This document shows, in pieces, positions 20,653 through 29,337 of a stretch of 64,000 bases of DNA. The stretch lies in the NCBI GenBank assembly GCA_963704725.1, contig OY969934.1:672001-736000 (forward strand), written 5' to 3'. Every line of letters starts with the position of its first letter. Position 1 is the first letter of the stretch. The position numbers and the translations under genes are program-made. Source of the DNA: an uncultured Actinomycetes bacterium (lineage in GTDB: Bacteria > Actinomycetota > UBA4738 > HRBIN12). The notes beneath the pieces are model-generated. The model did no database searches. It was given only the letters and a program-made list of their open reading frames with translations, and had not been told where the DNA came from.

Positions 20653-21714
20653 GTGCGGGAGCGCGGCCGAGCCGCGAGGAGGCCCCCGACGATCGCTCGC
20701 AGGATCACGGTTCGAAGCGTGCTCGCCCTGGCCGTCGCGGCCGGCGCCCTGGGGCTCTCTCCGGCCCTCGCCGACACCAAGCACGAGCTCGACGCAGCCA
20801 AGGCCGAGCTGGCGCAGGTGCAGGCCGAGCTCGATCGCGCCACCGCGGCGTGGAACGACGCCGTCACCCGTCTCGGGGAGACCAGGGACGACATCACCCA
20901 AACCCGGGTGCGGATCGGCTCGATCGAGCGTCGCCTCCAGCACATCCAGGAGCGCCTGTCCGATCGGGCCGTGGCCGCCTTCACCACCGGGCCGGCCAGC
21001 ACGATCGACCTCCTGCTGTCCTCGGCGTCGTTCACGGAGTTCTCGGACCGGCTCGAGTTCCTCGGCAGCGTGACGCAGGGCGACGTCGATCTCTCCCTCG
21101 AGGAGCGCAACGCCCAGGAGGACCTGCGCCGCGAGCGCGAGGACCTCGTCTCGCTCTCCGAGCGGCAGGCCGACGCGGCGGCGGCGCTGCGTTCGGCCCA
21201 GCAGTCGATCGACGCGCAGTTCGGCCGGATCCAAGACCGGGTGGCCGGCCTCACCGCCCGTTACCGGGAGGAGGTCGCGGCGCGGCAGGAGCTGCAGATC
21301 CTCGGCCAGCGAGTCGATCCGAGCTCACCGATCCAGGTCTGCCCGGTGGCCGGGCCGAACTCGTTCGTGGACTCGTTCGGGTGGCCGCGCCCGGGGGGCC
21401 GGACCCACCAGGGGATCGACCTGATCTCGCCGTTCGGCACGCCGATCGTGGCGGCGCACCCCGGGGTCGTCTCGCACAGCTCGAGCGTCCTGGGCGGCAA
21501 CCAGGCCTACGTCCGCGCCTCGAGCGGCACGTACACGTTCTACGCCCACCTGTCGAGCTACAGCTCCGCGAGCGGCAGCGTCGGCGCCGGCACCGTGATC
21601 GGCTACGTCGGGAGCACCGGCGACGCGGGAAGCACGAACCACCTGCACTTCGAGTACCACCCCGGGGGCGGGGCGGCCGTGGACCCGTACCAGATGCTGC
21701 TCGGCGTGTGCTGA
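20653..21714 (+). CDS. Secreted coiled-coil M23 family peptidoglycan endopeptidase
   Basis: Signal peptide, coiled coil, HQGID, YAHL, HLHFE; start uncertain. Confidence 0.85.
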   Translation: MRERGRAARRPPTIARRITVRSVLALAVAAGALGLSPALADTKHELDAAKAELAQVQAELDRATAAWNDAVTRLGETRDDITQTRVRIGSIERRLQHIQERLSDRAVAAFTTGPASTIDLLLSSASFTEFSDRLEFLGSVTQGDVDLSLEERNAQEDLRREREDLVSLSERQADAAAALRSAQQSIDAQFGRIQDRVAGLTARYREEVAARQELQILGQRVDPSSPIQVCPVAGPNSFVDSFGWPRPGGRTHQGIDLISPFGTPIVAAHPGVVSHSSSVLGGNQAYVRASSGTYTFYAHLSSYSSASGSVGAGTVIGYVGSTGDAGSTNHLHFEYHPGGGAAVDPYQMLLGVC

Positions 21715-21790
21715 CGGACCGACCGTCCTGGACGGGGCCGTTTGCGGCCCCCGGCGTTACGATTCCTGCCAACCCGACGAGGGGCTGCAT

Positions 21791-22318
21791 GTGAGCGAAC
21801 AGACGAACCGAAGGATCGACCACATCCGGCAGCCGGCGTTCGTCGAGTCGCTGGGCGAGCTGTCGCTCGAGGAGCTTCGGCGCCGCCGCGACGACTGCCT
21901 GGCCGAGCGGGAATACCTCTCCCTGCTCCGGCGTCTGGTGCAGGGACGGGCCGAGATCCTCAAGGCCGAGGTCGAGCGGCGGGACGCCTCGGGTGAGCAG
22001 GTGCCGCTCGTCGAGCGGCTGGCCGAGATCCTGTCGGGCGAGTCCCAGGGCCCCGCTCGCGGCGAGGCCGTCCGCATCAGCGTCCCCGAGGAGGAGATGC
22101 TGCTGGCCCGGCGGCGGGTGGAGCGTCTCGTCGCCGACGCCGGGCTCTCGGATCCCGGTTCCCTCGACGACGACCGGCTGGCCGGGGCGGTGGAGATGCT
22201 GGCCGGGGAGGAGCGCGAGGTCTCCGAGGCCCGGGGCGTGGTCATGGCGGTGCTGGACGTCGTGCAGGAGGAGCTGAAGCGCCGCTACAAGGACGACCCC
22301 TCGCTCGTCCTGAGCTGA
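21791..22318 (+). CDS. rsiG: RsiG/AmfC family anti-sigma factor
   Basis: Two helices resembling E-x3-S-x2-R-x3-Q-x3-D (REYLSLLRRLVQGRAE; EREVSEARGVVMAVLD); ends ELKRRY. Confidence 0.75.
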   Translation: MSEQTNRRIDHIRQPAFVESLGELSLEELRRRRDDCLAEREYLSLLRRLVQGRAEILKAEVERRDASGEQVPLVERLAEILSGESQGPARGEAVRISVPEEEMLLARRRVERLVADAGLSDPGSLDDDRLAGAVEMLAGEEREVSEARGVVMAVLDVVQEELKRRYKDDPSLVLS

Positions 22319-22521
22319 TCCCGCTCCGCCGGCATCCCCGCGGACCACACGTCGTACGGAACCCAGGGGAGCCGTCGCAGGCCGTCTGGTGGATGCGCCC
22401 AGCGGCAACGGGGGAGCGCCGCGGACCACGGTCAATTCCGCCCGTGGAGGGATGGTCCGCGTCGGGAAAAGACGCCACGCTGCGGCCGCACTGCAATCGA
22501 TGCGCACACGTGCGGCCCTAC

Positions 22522-23289
22522 ATGAACGAGACAACCCTCTTCCCCGGCGCGGGCCCGGATCCTCGGGACCCTGAGCTGCCCGCGGTGCACGATCAGATGA
22601 TCGTGTTCGCGCGGGAGCTCGGTGAGCTCTACCGTCTGGAACGGACGCGGAGCTCCCAGCTCGAGCGGGCGCTCGGGAGCCTCCAGGAGAGCTACCTGGC
22701 GACGATGAAGTCGCTCGCGCAGGTGGTCGAGGCCAAGGACCGGAACACGCGCGGTCATCTCGACCGGACCCAGGCGTACGGGCTCGCCCTGGCCGAGCGG
22801 ATCGACCCGGAGCTGGCCGAGTCGCCGACGCTCGGCTACGGGTTCTTCCTCCACGACATCGGCAAGGTGGGCGTCCCCGAACACATCCTGTGCAAGCGGG
22901 GTCCGCTGACGGCCGCCGAGTGGCAGGTCATGCGGCGACACCCCCTGATGGGCGCCCAGATCGTCGCGCCGATCGCGTTCCTGAACGACACGGTCGACCT
23001 CATCCGGCACCATCACGAGCGGTTCGACGGCACGGGCTACCCGGACGGCCTGCGTCGGGACCAGATCCCTCTGACCGCGCGGATCTTCTCCGTGGCCGAC
23101 GCCTTCGACGCGATGACGAGCGATCGCCCCTACCGGGGGTCGATCGGGGTGGAGCGGGCCCTCGGCGAGCTCGAGGCCGGCGCCGGTGGGCAGTTCGACC
23201 CCGAGGTCGTCCGCGTCTTCGTCACGATGGTCGATCGTCGCGTGGAGCCGGTCCGGGACCGGGCCACCGTTTCGAGTCTCGCGGTCTGA
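22522..23289 (+). CDS. HD-GYP cyclic-dinucleotide phosphodiesterase
   Basis: EAKD..TRGH, HDIGK, HHHERFDGTGYP, ADAFDAMTSDRPY. Confidence 0.9.
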   Translation: MNETTLFPGAGPDPRDPELPAVHDQMIVFARELGELYRLERTRSSQLERALGSLQESYLATMKSLAQVVEAKDRNTRGHLDRTQAYGLALAERIDPELAESPTLGYGFFLHDIGKVGVPEHILCKRGPLTAAEWQVMRRHPLMGAQIVAPIAFLNDTVDLIRHHHERFDGTGYPDGLRRDQIPLTARIFSVADAFDAMTSDRPYRGSIGVERALGELEAGAGGQFDPEVVRVFVTMVDRRVEPVRDRATVSSLAV

Positions 23290-23323
23290 CCCCGGCCCGG
23301 CCGCCGGGCTACCCTTGCCATCC

Positions 23324-24307
23324 ATGGCCGCACCGGCGCCGCTCGTCCGCGTGGTTCGCTCGGGCGTCCAGGAGAGCGTCCACCTCGGCCACGTCGCCGT
23401 GTGCGATCCGCGGGGCCGCGTCCTGGCCGCGGCGGGCGACCCTCACCATCTGCTGTTCTCACGGTCCTGCCTGAAGCCGCTCCAGGCGGCGGTCTCCCTC
23501 GCACGGATCGACGTCGAGCTGTCCGACGACCTGGTGGCGATCATGTGCGGCTCGCACAACGGGGAGGCGGAGCACGTCCGGGCCGTCCGGCGCCTCCTGC
23601 GCGCGGCGGGCGCCCGCGAATCCGACCTGCGCTGCCCGCCCGACCTGCCGTCTCGACGTGAGGACGCGGCCCGCGCCGCCCGGCCCCGCCCCGTGTACCA
23701 CAACTGCTCCGGCAAGCATGCCGGGATGGTCGCGGCATGCGCCGGCGCCGGGTGGCCGGTGCCCACGTACCGCGATCGTTCCCACCCCCTCCAGCGCGAG
23801 GTGGCCCGGGCCGTCCGGCGGGCCACGGGCGCCTCGCGGGCGCCGGTCGGCGTGGATGGGTGCGGGGTGCCGACGTTCGGCCTGCCGCTGGCCGCGATGG
23901 CCACGCTGTTCGCGCGCCTCGCCCGGCCCGAGCGGCTCGGCGACCTCGCGCCGTTCGCGGCTCGCGCCGTGGGGGCGATGCGCGCCCACCCCCTCCTGGT
24001 GGCGGGGACGCGGCGCACGGACACCCTGCTGATGCGCGTCGTTCCGGACGTCGCATCCAAGGGGGGCGCCGAGGCCCTGGCCTGCGCGGCGGTGCTGGAC
24101 CAGGGCGTCGGGGTCGCCGTCAAGATCGCCGACGGCGGCGACCGGGCCGCCGGGCCCGCCCTGGTGCGGGCGCTCCATCTCTTGGACGCCGTCACCGCCG
24201 ATCAGCTCGAGGCGCTCGCCTCCGTGGCCCGGCGACCGGTGCTGGGGGGCGGGCGGCAGGTCGGGGAGCTCGTGGCCGGCTTCCGGCTCCGCCGGCCGAG
24301 GGGATGA
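23324..24307 (+). CDS. Asparaginase II family protein
   Basis: ESVHLG, RSCLKPLQA, GSHNGE, NCSGKH, DGCG, SKGGAE. Confidence 0.88.
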   Translation: MAAPAPLVRVVRSGVQESVHLGHVAVCDPRGRVLAAAGDPHHLLFSRSCLKPLQAAVSLARIDVELSDDLVAIMCGSHNGEAEHVRAVRRLLRAAGARESDLRCPPDLPSRREDAARAARPRPVYHNCSGKHAGMVAACAGAGWPVPTYRDRSHPLQREVARAVRRATGASRAPVGVDGCGVPTFGLPLAAMATLFARLARPERLGDLAPFAARAVGAMRAHPLLVAGTRRTDTLLMRVVPDVASKGGAEALACAAVLDQGVGVAVKIADGGDRAAGPALVRALHLLDAVTADQLEALASVARRPVLGGGRQVGELVAGFRLRRPRG

Positions 24308-24359
24308 GGCCGCGGCCGGCGGTCCCCTCGCTCGCGCGATGCCTCGATACGATGCTCGG

Positions 24360-25634
24360 ATGGGCTCGACCCTTGGGCGGCACCGGGACCGCCCGCGCGT
24401 GGCCGTCGTCAGCCTCCACACCTCGCCCCTCGACCAGCCGGGCGGCGGCGACTCCGGCGGCATGAACGTGTTCATCCGCGCCGCGGCGGAGCGGATGGCG
24501 GCCAAGGACCTGGATGTGGACGTCTTCACCCGGTGCCGGGGGCGGGGTGGCCCCGAGGTGGACGAGCTGGGGGGGTCCCGGCTCATCCACGTCAAGGCGG
24601 GACCGTGCGCGCCGGTCCCGAAGGAGGAGCTCCCGAGATACCTTCCCGAGTTCCTCGGCGGCGTGCTGCACCGCCAGCGGGCCGAGGGGACCCGGTACGA
24701 CCTCGTGCACACCCACTACTGGCTGTCCGGGTGGGTGGGGCGCAGCACCAAGGAGATCTGGGGCGTGCCGCTCGTGGCCTCCTTCCACACGCTCGGGAAG
24801 GTGAAGAACTACTCGCTCGCCCTGGGCGAGCGTCCGGAGCCCGAGGTCCGGCTGGCCGGTGAGGAACGCGTGATCGCCGAGGCCGATCGTCTGGTCGCGG
24901 CGACGCCCTCGGAGGCCGCTCAGCTCGTCGGCCTGTACCGCGCCGAGTCGGAGCGGATCCGGCTCATCCCGCCGGGCGTGGACCACTCGCTCTTCTTCCC
25001 GCGCCCCCGCGACGAGGCCGCCGGGCGGCTGCACCTGGCGGGAGCCCGGCTGCTCCTGTTCGTGGGCCGGCTCCAGGTCCACAAGGGCCCCGACGTTGCC
25101 GTCCGGACCCTCGCCGAGCTGATCGCGCGCGATCCGGGCGGGACGGCGGACGTCGTGCTGGCCCTCGTCGGCGGGCCGAGCGGAGCCGGCCACGGCGCCG
25201 AGGTGGCCCACCTCATGGATCTCGCCTCCGCCCTCGGCGTCGGCGAGCGCGTGATGTTCTTCCCCCCGCAGCCGCAGGCTCGGCTGGCGGACTTCTACGC
25301 CGCGGCGGAGGCCGTGCTCGTCCCGTCGCGCTCCGAGTCGTTCGGGCTCGTAGCGCTCGAGGCGCAGGCGTGCGGGACGCCGGTGATCGCGGCCGGGGTG
25401 GGGGGGCTCCGCTACGTGGTCGACGACAGGGTGACCGGGTACCTCGTGGAGGGCCACGACCCGAGCGACCACGCGGATCGCGTCCTGTCGATCCTGCGCG
25501 ACGGGGCCGGCGCCCGCCGGATGGGCGCGGCGGGCGTGGCGCACTCCATCCGTTTCTCGTGGGACTCGACCGCCGACCGGATGGTGACCGTGTACCGCGA
25601 GCTCCTCGACGGCGGCGCCGCCCCGGCCCCGTGA
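24360..25634 (+). CDS. mshA: D-inositol-3-phosphate glycosyltransferase (mycothiol synthesis)
   Basis: HTSPLDQPGGGDSGGMNV, HTHYWLSG, HTLGKVKN, SESFGLVALEAQACGTP. Confidence 0.9.
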   Translation: MGSTLGRHRDRPRVAVVSLHTSPLDQPGGGDSGGMNVFIRAAAERMAAKDLDVDVFTRCRGRGGPEVDELGGSRLIHVKAGPCAPVPKEELPRYLPEFLGGVLHRQRAEGTRYDLVHTHYWLSGWVGRSTKEIWGVPLVASFHTLGKVKNYSLALGERPEPEVRLAGEERVIAEADRLVAATPSEAAQLVGLYRAESERIRLIPPGVDHSLFFPRPRDEAAGRLHLAGARLLLFVGRLQVHKGPDVAVRTLAELIARDPGGTADVVLALVGGPSGAGHGAEVAHLMDLASALGVGERVMFFPPQPQARLADFYAAAEAVLVPSRSESFGLVALEAQACGTPVIAAGVGGLRYVVDDRVTGYLVEGHDPSDHADRVLSILRDGAGARRMGAAGVAHSIRFSWDSTADRMVTVYRELLDGGAAPAP

Positions 25635-26173
25635 CCGTCCCCGTCCTGCGGGGGCGCGAGGTCGTCCTCCGTCCCGTCGAGGATGCCGATCACCCCGTCA
25701 TCCTCGAGTGGCAGAACGACCCCGAGGTGTGGTGGTGGATGGACTACGAGCGGACCTTCACGCTCGAGGACGTCCACGCGAGCGAGGCGCTCGCGAAGGT
25801 GGAGGGACACCCGTTCCTGATCGAGGCGCCGGACGGCCGTCCCATCGGACGTATCGGGTTGAACCAGTTCAGCGAGCGCGACGAGACCTGCTCGCTGTAC
25901 GTCTTCGTCGGCGACGCCCGGTACCGGGACACCGGCTTCGGCCAGGACGCCATCCTCACGCTGCTCCGCTGGGGCTTCGACACCTTCGGGCTGCACCTCG
26001 TGCAGCTGTGGGGGTTGTCGACGAACACGCGCGCGATGCGCGCGTACGAGCACGTCGGGTTCGCCGTCGACGGAACGCTTCGGGAGCGCTCGTTCAAGAG
26101 CGACGGGGAGCGGTACGACCGCACGATCTTGAGCATCACGCGACGCGAGTTCGACGCGTTGCACCGCGCATAG
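25631..26173 (+). CDS. GNAT (RimJ/RimL-like) N-acetyltransferase
   Basis: GTG overlaps mshA stop; LRPV, IGRIGL, N.RA.RAYEHVGF, GTLRE. Confidence 0.85.
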   Translation: MTVPVLRGREVVLRPVEDADHPVILEWQNDPEVWWWMDYERTFTLEDVHASEALAKVEGHPFLIEAPDGRPIGRIGLNQFSERDETCSLYVFVGDARYRDTGFGQDAILTLLRWGFDTFGLHLVQLWGLSTNTRAMRAYEHVGFAVDGTLRERSFKSDGERYDRTILSITRREFDALHRA

Positions 26174-26298
26174 GCTCGCCGAACGCGTTGCGGCGCAACG
26201 GTGTACGGACTGCCGACGTCATGCGTTCATGTTCTTGTCACTCTTTCCACCGTGCCCGCTACCAGCGCATATGGCGTCTGACCTGGGGGTTCTTCGAG

Positions 26299-26328
26299 TT
26301 GACCCCCGTACCGGGGCGACGTTAGATT
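26299..26328 (+). promoter_or_regulatory. Sigma-A-like promoter of the candidate ncRNA
   Basis: TTGACC-N18-TAGATT; predicted start about 26335. Confidence 0.7.
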
Positions 26329-26334
26329 CGCGTC

Positions 26335-26609
26335 GCTCCGAGCAGTCGGAGCGGCCGAGTCAGGGAACCGAAGTCGGGACCCCTGGGAAAGCCGTAAGGC
26401 CAACTGGGCGCACCTGCTCGTATGGTTGGGAAGGCCAACTAGCTGTGCGGGTGGGGAGGCTCGGGCGGCCCCAAAGCCCAACGAAAGGGTCTACGGCCAG
26501 GAAACCGAGACGGCTGTGAGAGGTTGCTCGGGGCACCTGAGCCCGAGGGGCCGACGGTGGTTGGAGGCTTCGGCTTCCGACGAGCCGGAGGTCCCTCGGG
26601 TTCTTTTCT
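26335..26609 (+). ncRNA. Unassigned large structured non-coding RNA (~275 nt)
   Basis: Promoter upstream; 5' hairpin GCTCCGA-GCAG-TCGGAGC; nested helices; GCC-GTAA-GGC and C(TTCG)G tetraloops; 3' hairpin + T-run; no credible ORF. Confidence 0.7.
26582..26609 (+). terminator. Intrinsic terminator-like hairpin
   Basis: gagccggagg-tc-cctcgggttc followed by ttttct. Confidence 0.6.
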
Positions 26610-26703
26610 GCGACCCTCGTTCTCTCCGGCCGGCGTCCTCTCCTTCCCCTCGCGCCGGGCCCGTCTTGTTCGCCTTCGTCCACGCGGGTAGCGTTGCGCG
26701 GAC

Positions 26704-27342
26704 ATGGCATCCGAGCGCGAGAGCGACGCCCGCGGCCGGCGCGACCAGATCGTCGAGGTGGCCATGCGTCACTTCGCCGAGCACGGCTACCGAGGAGCGC
26801 GCGTCGAGGACATCGCGGCCGAGGTCGGGGTGGCCAAGGGAACGGTGTTCCTGCACTTCGGCAACAAGGAGGGGCTGTTCCTCGCGGCCTTCGAACGCGC
26901 GGTGCGCGAGCTCCCCGCCTGGCTCGACGTCCCCGAGGAGGTCAAGGAGCAGGGCTTCTGGGCCGTGCTCGAGCACTGGCTCGTGCGCACGGAGCAGTTC
27001 TTCGCCGAGGTCTGGGTGCAGAACCGGGTGGCCATGATCGGGCGCTACGACACGGGGCTCGGCATGCGCCGGCCGATCGACCGGTTCATGCGCAGCGAGG
27101 ATCCGTACGGGACCCTGGAGTTCGTCGAGTTCGGCGTCCGGCGCGGCGAGATCCGCGACGACGTCGACAGCGACATGATCGCGTCGATGCTGGACTGGCT
27201 GGCCGAGCGGTTCCAGGACGCGCTGGCGAGCGAGGAGCTTGATCCCGGCCTCGTGCATCGCAAGCCCTTCCTCCCGGAGCGTCGCGCGAACCGGATCCGC
27301 GAGTTCCTGGAGCTCGTGCGCACGGGGCTCGCCGCGCGCTGA
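26704..27342 (+). CDS. TetR family transcriptional regulator
   Basis: IVEVAMRHFAEHGY..VEDIAAEVGVAKGTVFLHFGNKEGLF. Confidence 0.92.
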   Translation: MASERESDARGRRDQIVEVAMRHFAEHGYRGARVEDIAAEVGVAKGTVFLHFGNKEGLFLAAFERAVRELPAWLDVPEEVKEQGFWAVLEHWLVRTEQFFAEVWVQNRVAMIGRYDTGLGMRRPIDRFMRSEDPYGTLEFVEFGVRRGEIRDDVDSDMIASMLDWLAERFQDALASEELDPGLVHRKPFLPERRANRIREFLELVRTGLAAR

Positions 27343-27397
27343 GGCGGGCCTCCGGGCCTCGGCTGGGTGCTGGGTCCGGGCTGGTAGCGTGCCCGCC

Positions 27398-28318
27398 GTG
27401 AACGGTCCCCTGCTTCGCGGACCCGTCCTGCGGCTCACGCGGGCGGGATGGTTCAAAAGGCTCGCGACCGGCCGGGCGGGGTGGCTGGTCGCGTCGAGGT
27501 TCGTGGCGGGCGACACGCTCGACGCCGCGATCACCACGGCCGGTGTGCTCGAGCGCCGCCAGTGCGCGACGATCCTCGACCACCTCGGCGAGAACGTGAC
27601 GGCGCCCGAGCACGCCGCCGAGGCGGTCGCCGCGTACGTCCGGGCGCTCGACCGGATCGAGGACGAGCCCGGCCTCGATCTCACGATCTCGGTCAAGCTC
27701 ACGCAGCTCGGGCTCGACTTCTCGACGGACCTGGCGGTGGCCAACCTCGAACGCGTGGTGGACGCCGGCCGCGACCGTGTCGTCATGATCGACATGGAGT
27801 CGAGCGCCTACGCCGACCGCACGCTCGAGGTGTTCCGGGCGCTCCGGGCCCGGACCGACCGGGTCGGGGTCTGCCTGCAGGCGTGCCTGCACCGCACGCC
27901 GCGCGACGTCGAGGACCTGCCGCTCGCGTCCACCGTTCGGCTCGTCAAGGGCGCCTATCTCGAGCCCCCCGAGGTGGCGATCGAGGATCGGCGGGAGGTC
28001 GACCGCGCCTTCGCCCGCCTGGCCGCCACCATCCTGTCGCGGGGCCACACCCTGCACGTCGCCACGCACGACCCGGACCTGCTCGAGGGGACCCGGGCGT
28101 ACGTCGAACGGACCGGCACGTCGTGGAAGCGGGTGGACTTCCAGTTCCTCCTCGGCGTGCGTCGCGACCTCCAGGCGCGCTACGCGGACGAGGGGTATCC
28201 GGTCACGATCTACGTCCCCTACGGGACGGAGTGGTACCCCTACCTCACTCGACGGTTGGCCGAGCGCCCTGCCAACATGTGGTTCTTCCTGTCGAACCTG
28301 GCGCGGGTTCGGCGATGA
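27398..28318 (+). CDS. Monofunctional proline dehydrogenase
   Basis: RFVAG, LGE, SVKLTQLG, IDME, RLVKGAY, ATHD, YVPYG..W..YL.RRLAERPAN. Confidence 0.92.
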   Translation: MNGPLLRGPVLRLTRAGWFKRLATGRAGWLVASRFVAGDTLDAAITTAGVLERRQCATILDHLGENVTAPEHAAEAVAAYVRALDRIEDEPGLDLTISVKLTQLGLDFSTDLAVANLERVVDAGRDRVVMIDMESSAYADRTLEVFRALRARTDRVGVCLQACLHRTPRDVEDLPLASTVRLVKGAYLEPPEVAIEDRREVDRAFARLAATILSRGHTLHVATHDPDLLEGTRAYVERTGTSWKRVDFQFLLGVRRDLQARYADEGYPVTIYVPYGTEWYPYLTRRLAERPANMWFFLSNLARVRR

Positions 28319-28358
28319 CCGCGGAACGCAGAGGGGGATCGATGAGGGAGAGCCGGAC

Positions 28359-29192
28359 GTGACCGACGGGCGCACCGTGGCGTTCCTGGGCGGCGGCCGC
28401 ATGGGTGAGGCGCTCGTCTCGGGACTGATCCGCTCGGGCGGGCGAACCGCCGACGAGATCGTGGTCACGACCCGGCGCGAGGAGCGGGCCCACGAGATCG
28501 CGGAGCGGTACGGCGTCGCGACGACCCGCTCGAACCCGGACGCCGTGGGACGGGCCGAGGTCCTCGTCCTCATGGTCAAGCCCCAGGACATGGGCACGCT
28601 GCTGGACCAGATCGCCCCGGCCGTCACGCCGCAGCACGTCGTGGTGAGCTTCGCGGCGGGGATCCGAACCTCGTTCGTCGAGCGCCGCCTCGTGCCGGAC
28701 GTGCCCGTGGTCCGCGTGATGTCGAACGTCGCCGTGCTCGTCGACGAGGCGATGTCGGTGGTCGCGCCGGGCGCGCGGGCCGAGGACTCGCACCTGGCGA
28801 TCGCAGAGGAGATCCTCGGCTACGTGGGACGGGTGATCCGGCTGAAAGAGTCGCACCTGGACGCGATCACGGCGACGAGCGGCAGCGGCCCCGCCTACTT
28901 CTTCCTGCTGGCCGAGGCCATGATCGAGGCCTGCATCCTTCTGGGGCTGTCTCGCGACGTCGCGACGGAGCTGATCGTGCAGACCATGCTCGGCTCGGCC
29001 AAGATGCTGCGTGACACGGGGAAGCACCCGGTCGAGCTGCGGGAGATGGTGACCTCCCCGGGGGGAACGACGATCGCGGCGATCCGCGTCCTGGAGGAGA
29101 CCGGCGTGCGGGCCGCCTTCCTGAACGCGATCGACGCGGCGTGCCGCCGGGGCGCCGAGCTGGCGCAGGGCGGCGACGAGGACGAAGGCTAG
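28359..29192 (+). CDS. proC: Pyrroline-5-carboxylate reductase
   Basis: GGGRMG, VKPQ, SGSGPAY, VTSPGGTT. Confidence 0.95.
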   Translation: MTDGRTVAFLGGGRMGEALVSGLIRSGGRTADEIVVTTRREERAHEIAERYGVATTRSNPDAVGRAEVLVLMVKPQDMGTLLDQIAPAVTPQHVVVSFAAGIRTSFVERRLVPDVPVVRVMSNVAVLVDEAMSVVAPGARAEDSHLAIAEEILGYVGRVIRLKESHLDAITATSGSGPAYFFLLAEAMIEACILLGLSRDVATELIVQTMLGSAKMLRDTGKHPVELREMVTSPGGTTIAAIRVLEETGVRAAFLNAIDAACRRGAELAQGGDEDEG

Positions 29193-29211
29193 GACGGGAG
29201 CGAGGTGACGG

Positions 29212-29334
29212 ATGGGACGAGGTGACCGGGCGCGGGTGCGGTGGGCGCACGACCGCGAGCGCAAGAAGAAGGACGGAGAGAAGCGGAGGGCGGCCGAGCG
29301 GGCCGCGGCGCGAAAGGCGGCGGCCAAGAAGTAG
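29212..29334 (+). CDS. 40-aa highly basic small protein (absent from ORF track)
   Basis: SD GAGGTG, ATG..TAG encodes MGRGDRARVRWAHDRERKKKDGEKRRAAERAAARKAAAKK and fills the gap after proC. Confidence 0.6.
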   Translation: MGRGDRARVRWAHDRERKKKDGEKRRAAERAAARKAAAKK

Positions 29335-29337
29335 CCG

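Noticed and set aside
22460-22495. Possible sigma-WhiG/sigma-28 promoter before the HD-GYP gene
   Set aside because: Only a weak match (AAAG...GCCGCACT) to TAAA-N15-GCCGATAA
26360-26440. Cobalamin riboswitch-like words (AGGGAA, TGGGAAGG)
   Set aside because: No GCCACTG or B12 box, and no cobalamin-related gene downstream
26468-26530. Resemblance to a c-di-GMP-I riboswitch (CAAAGCC...GGGTCTACGG...GGTTGC)
   Set aside because: The GGCAAA/GNRA P2 arm is missing; more likely a shared tetraloop-receptor motif within a larger RNA
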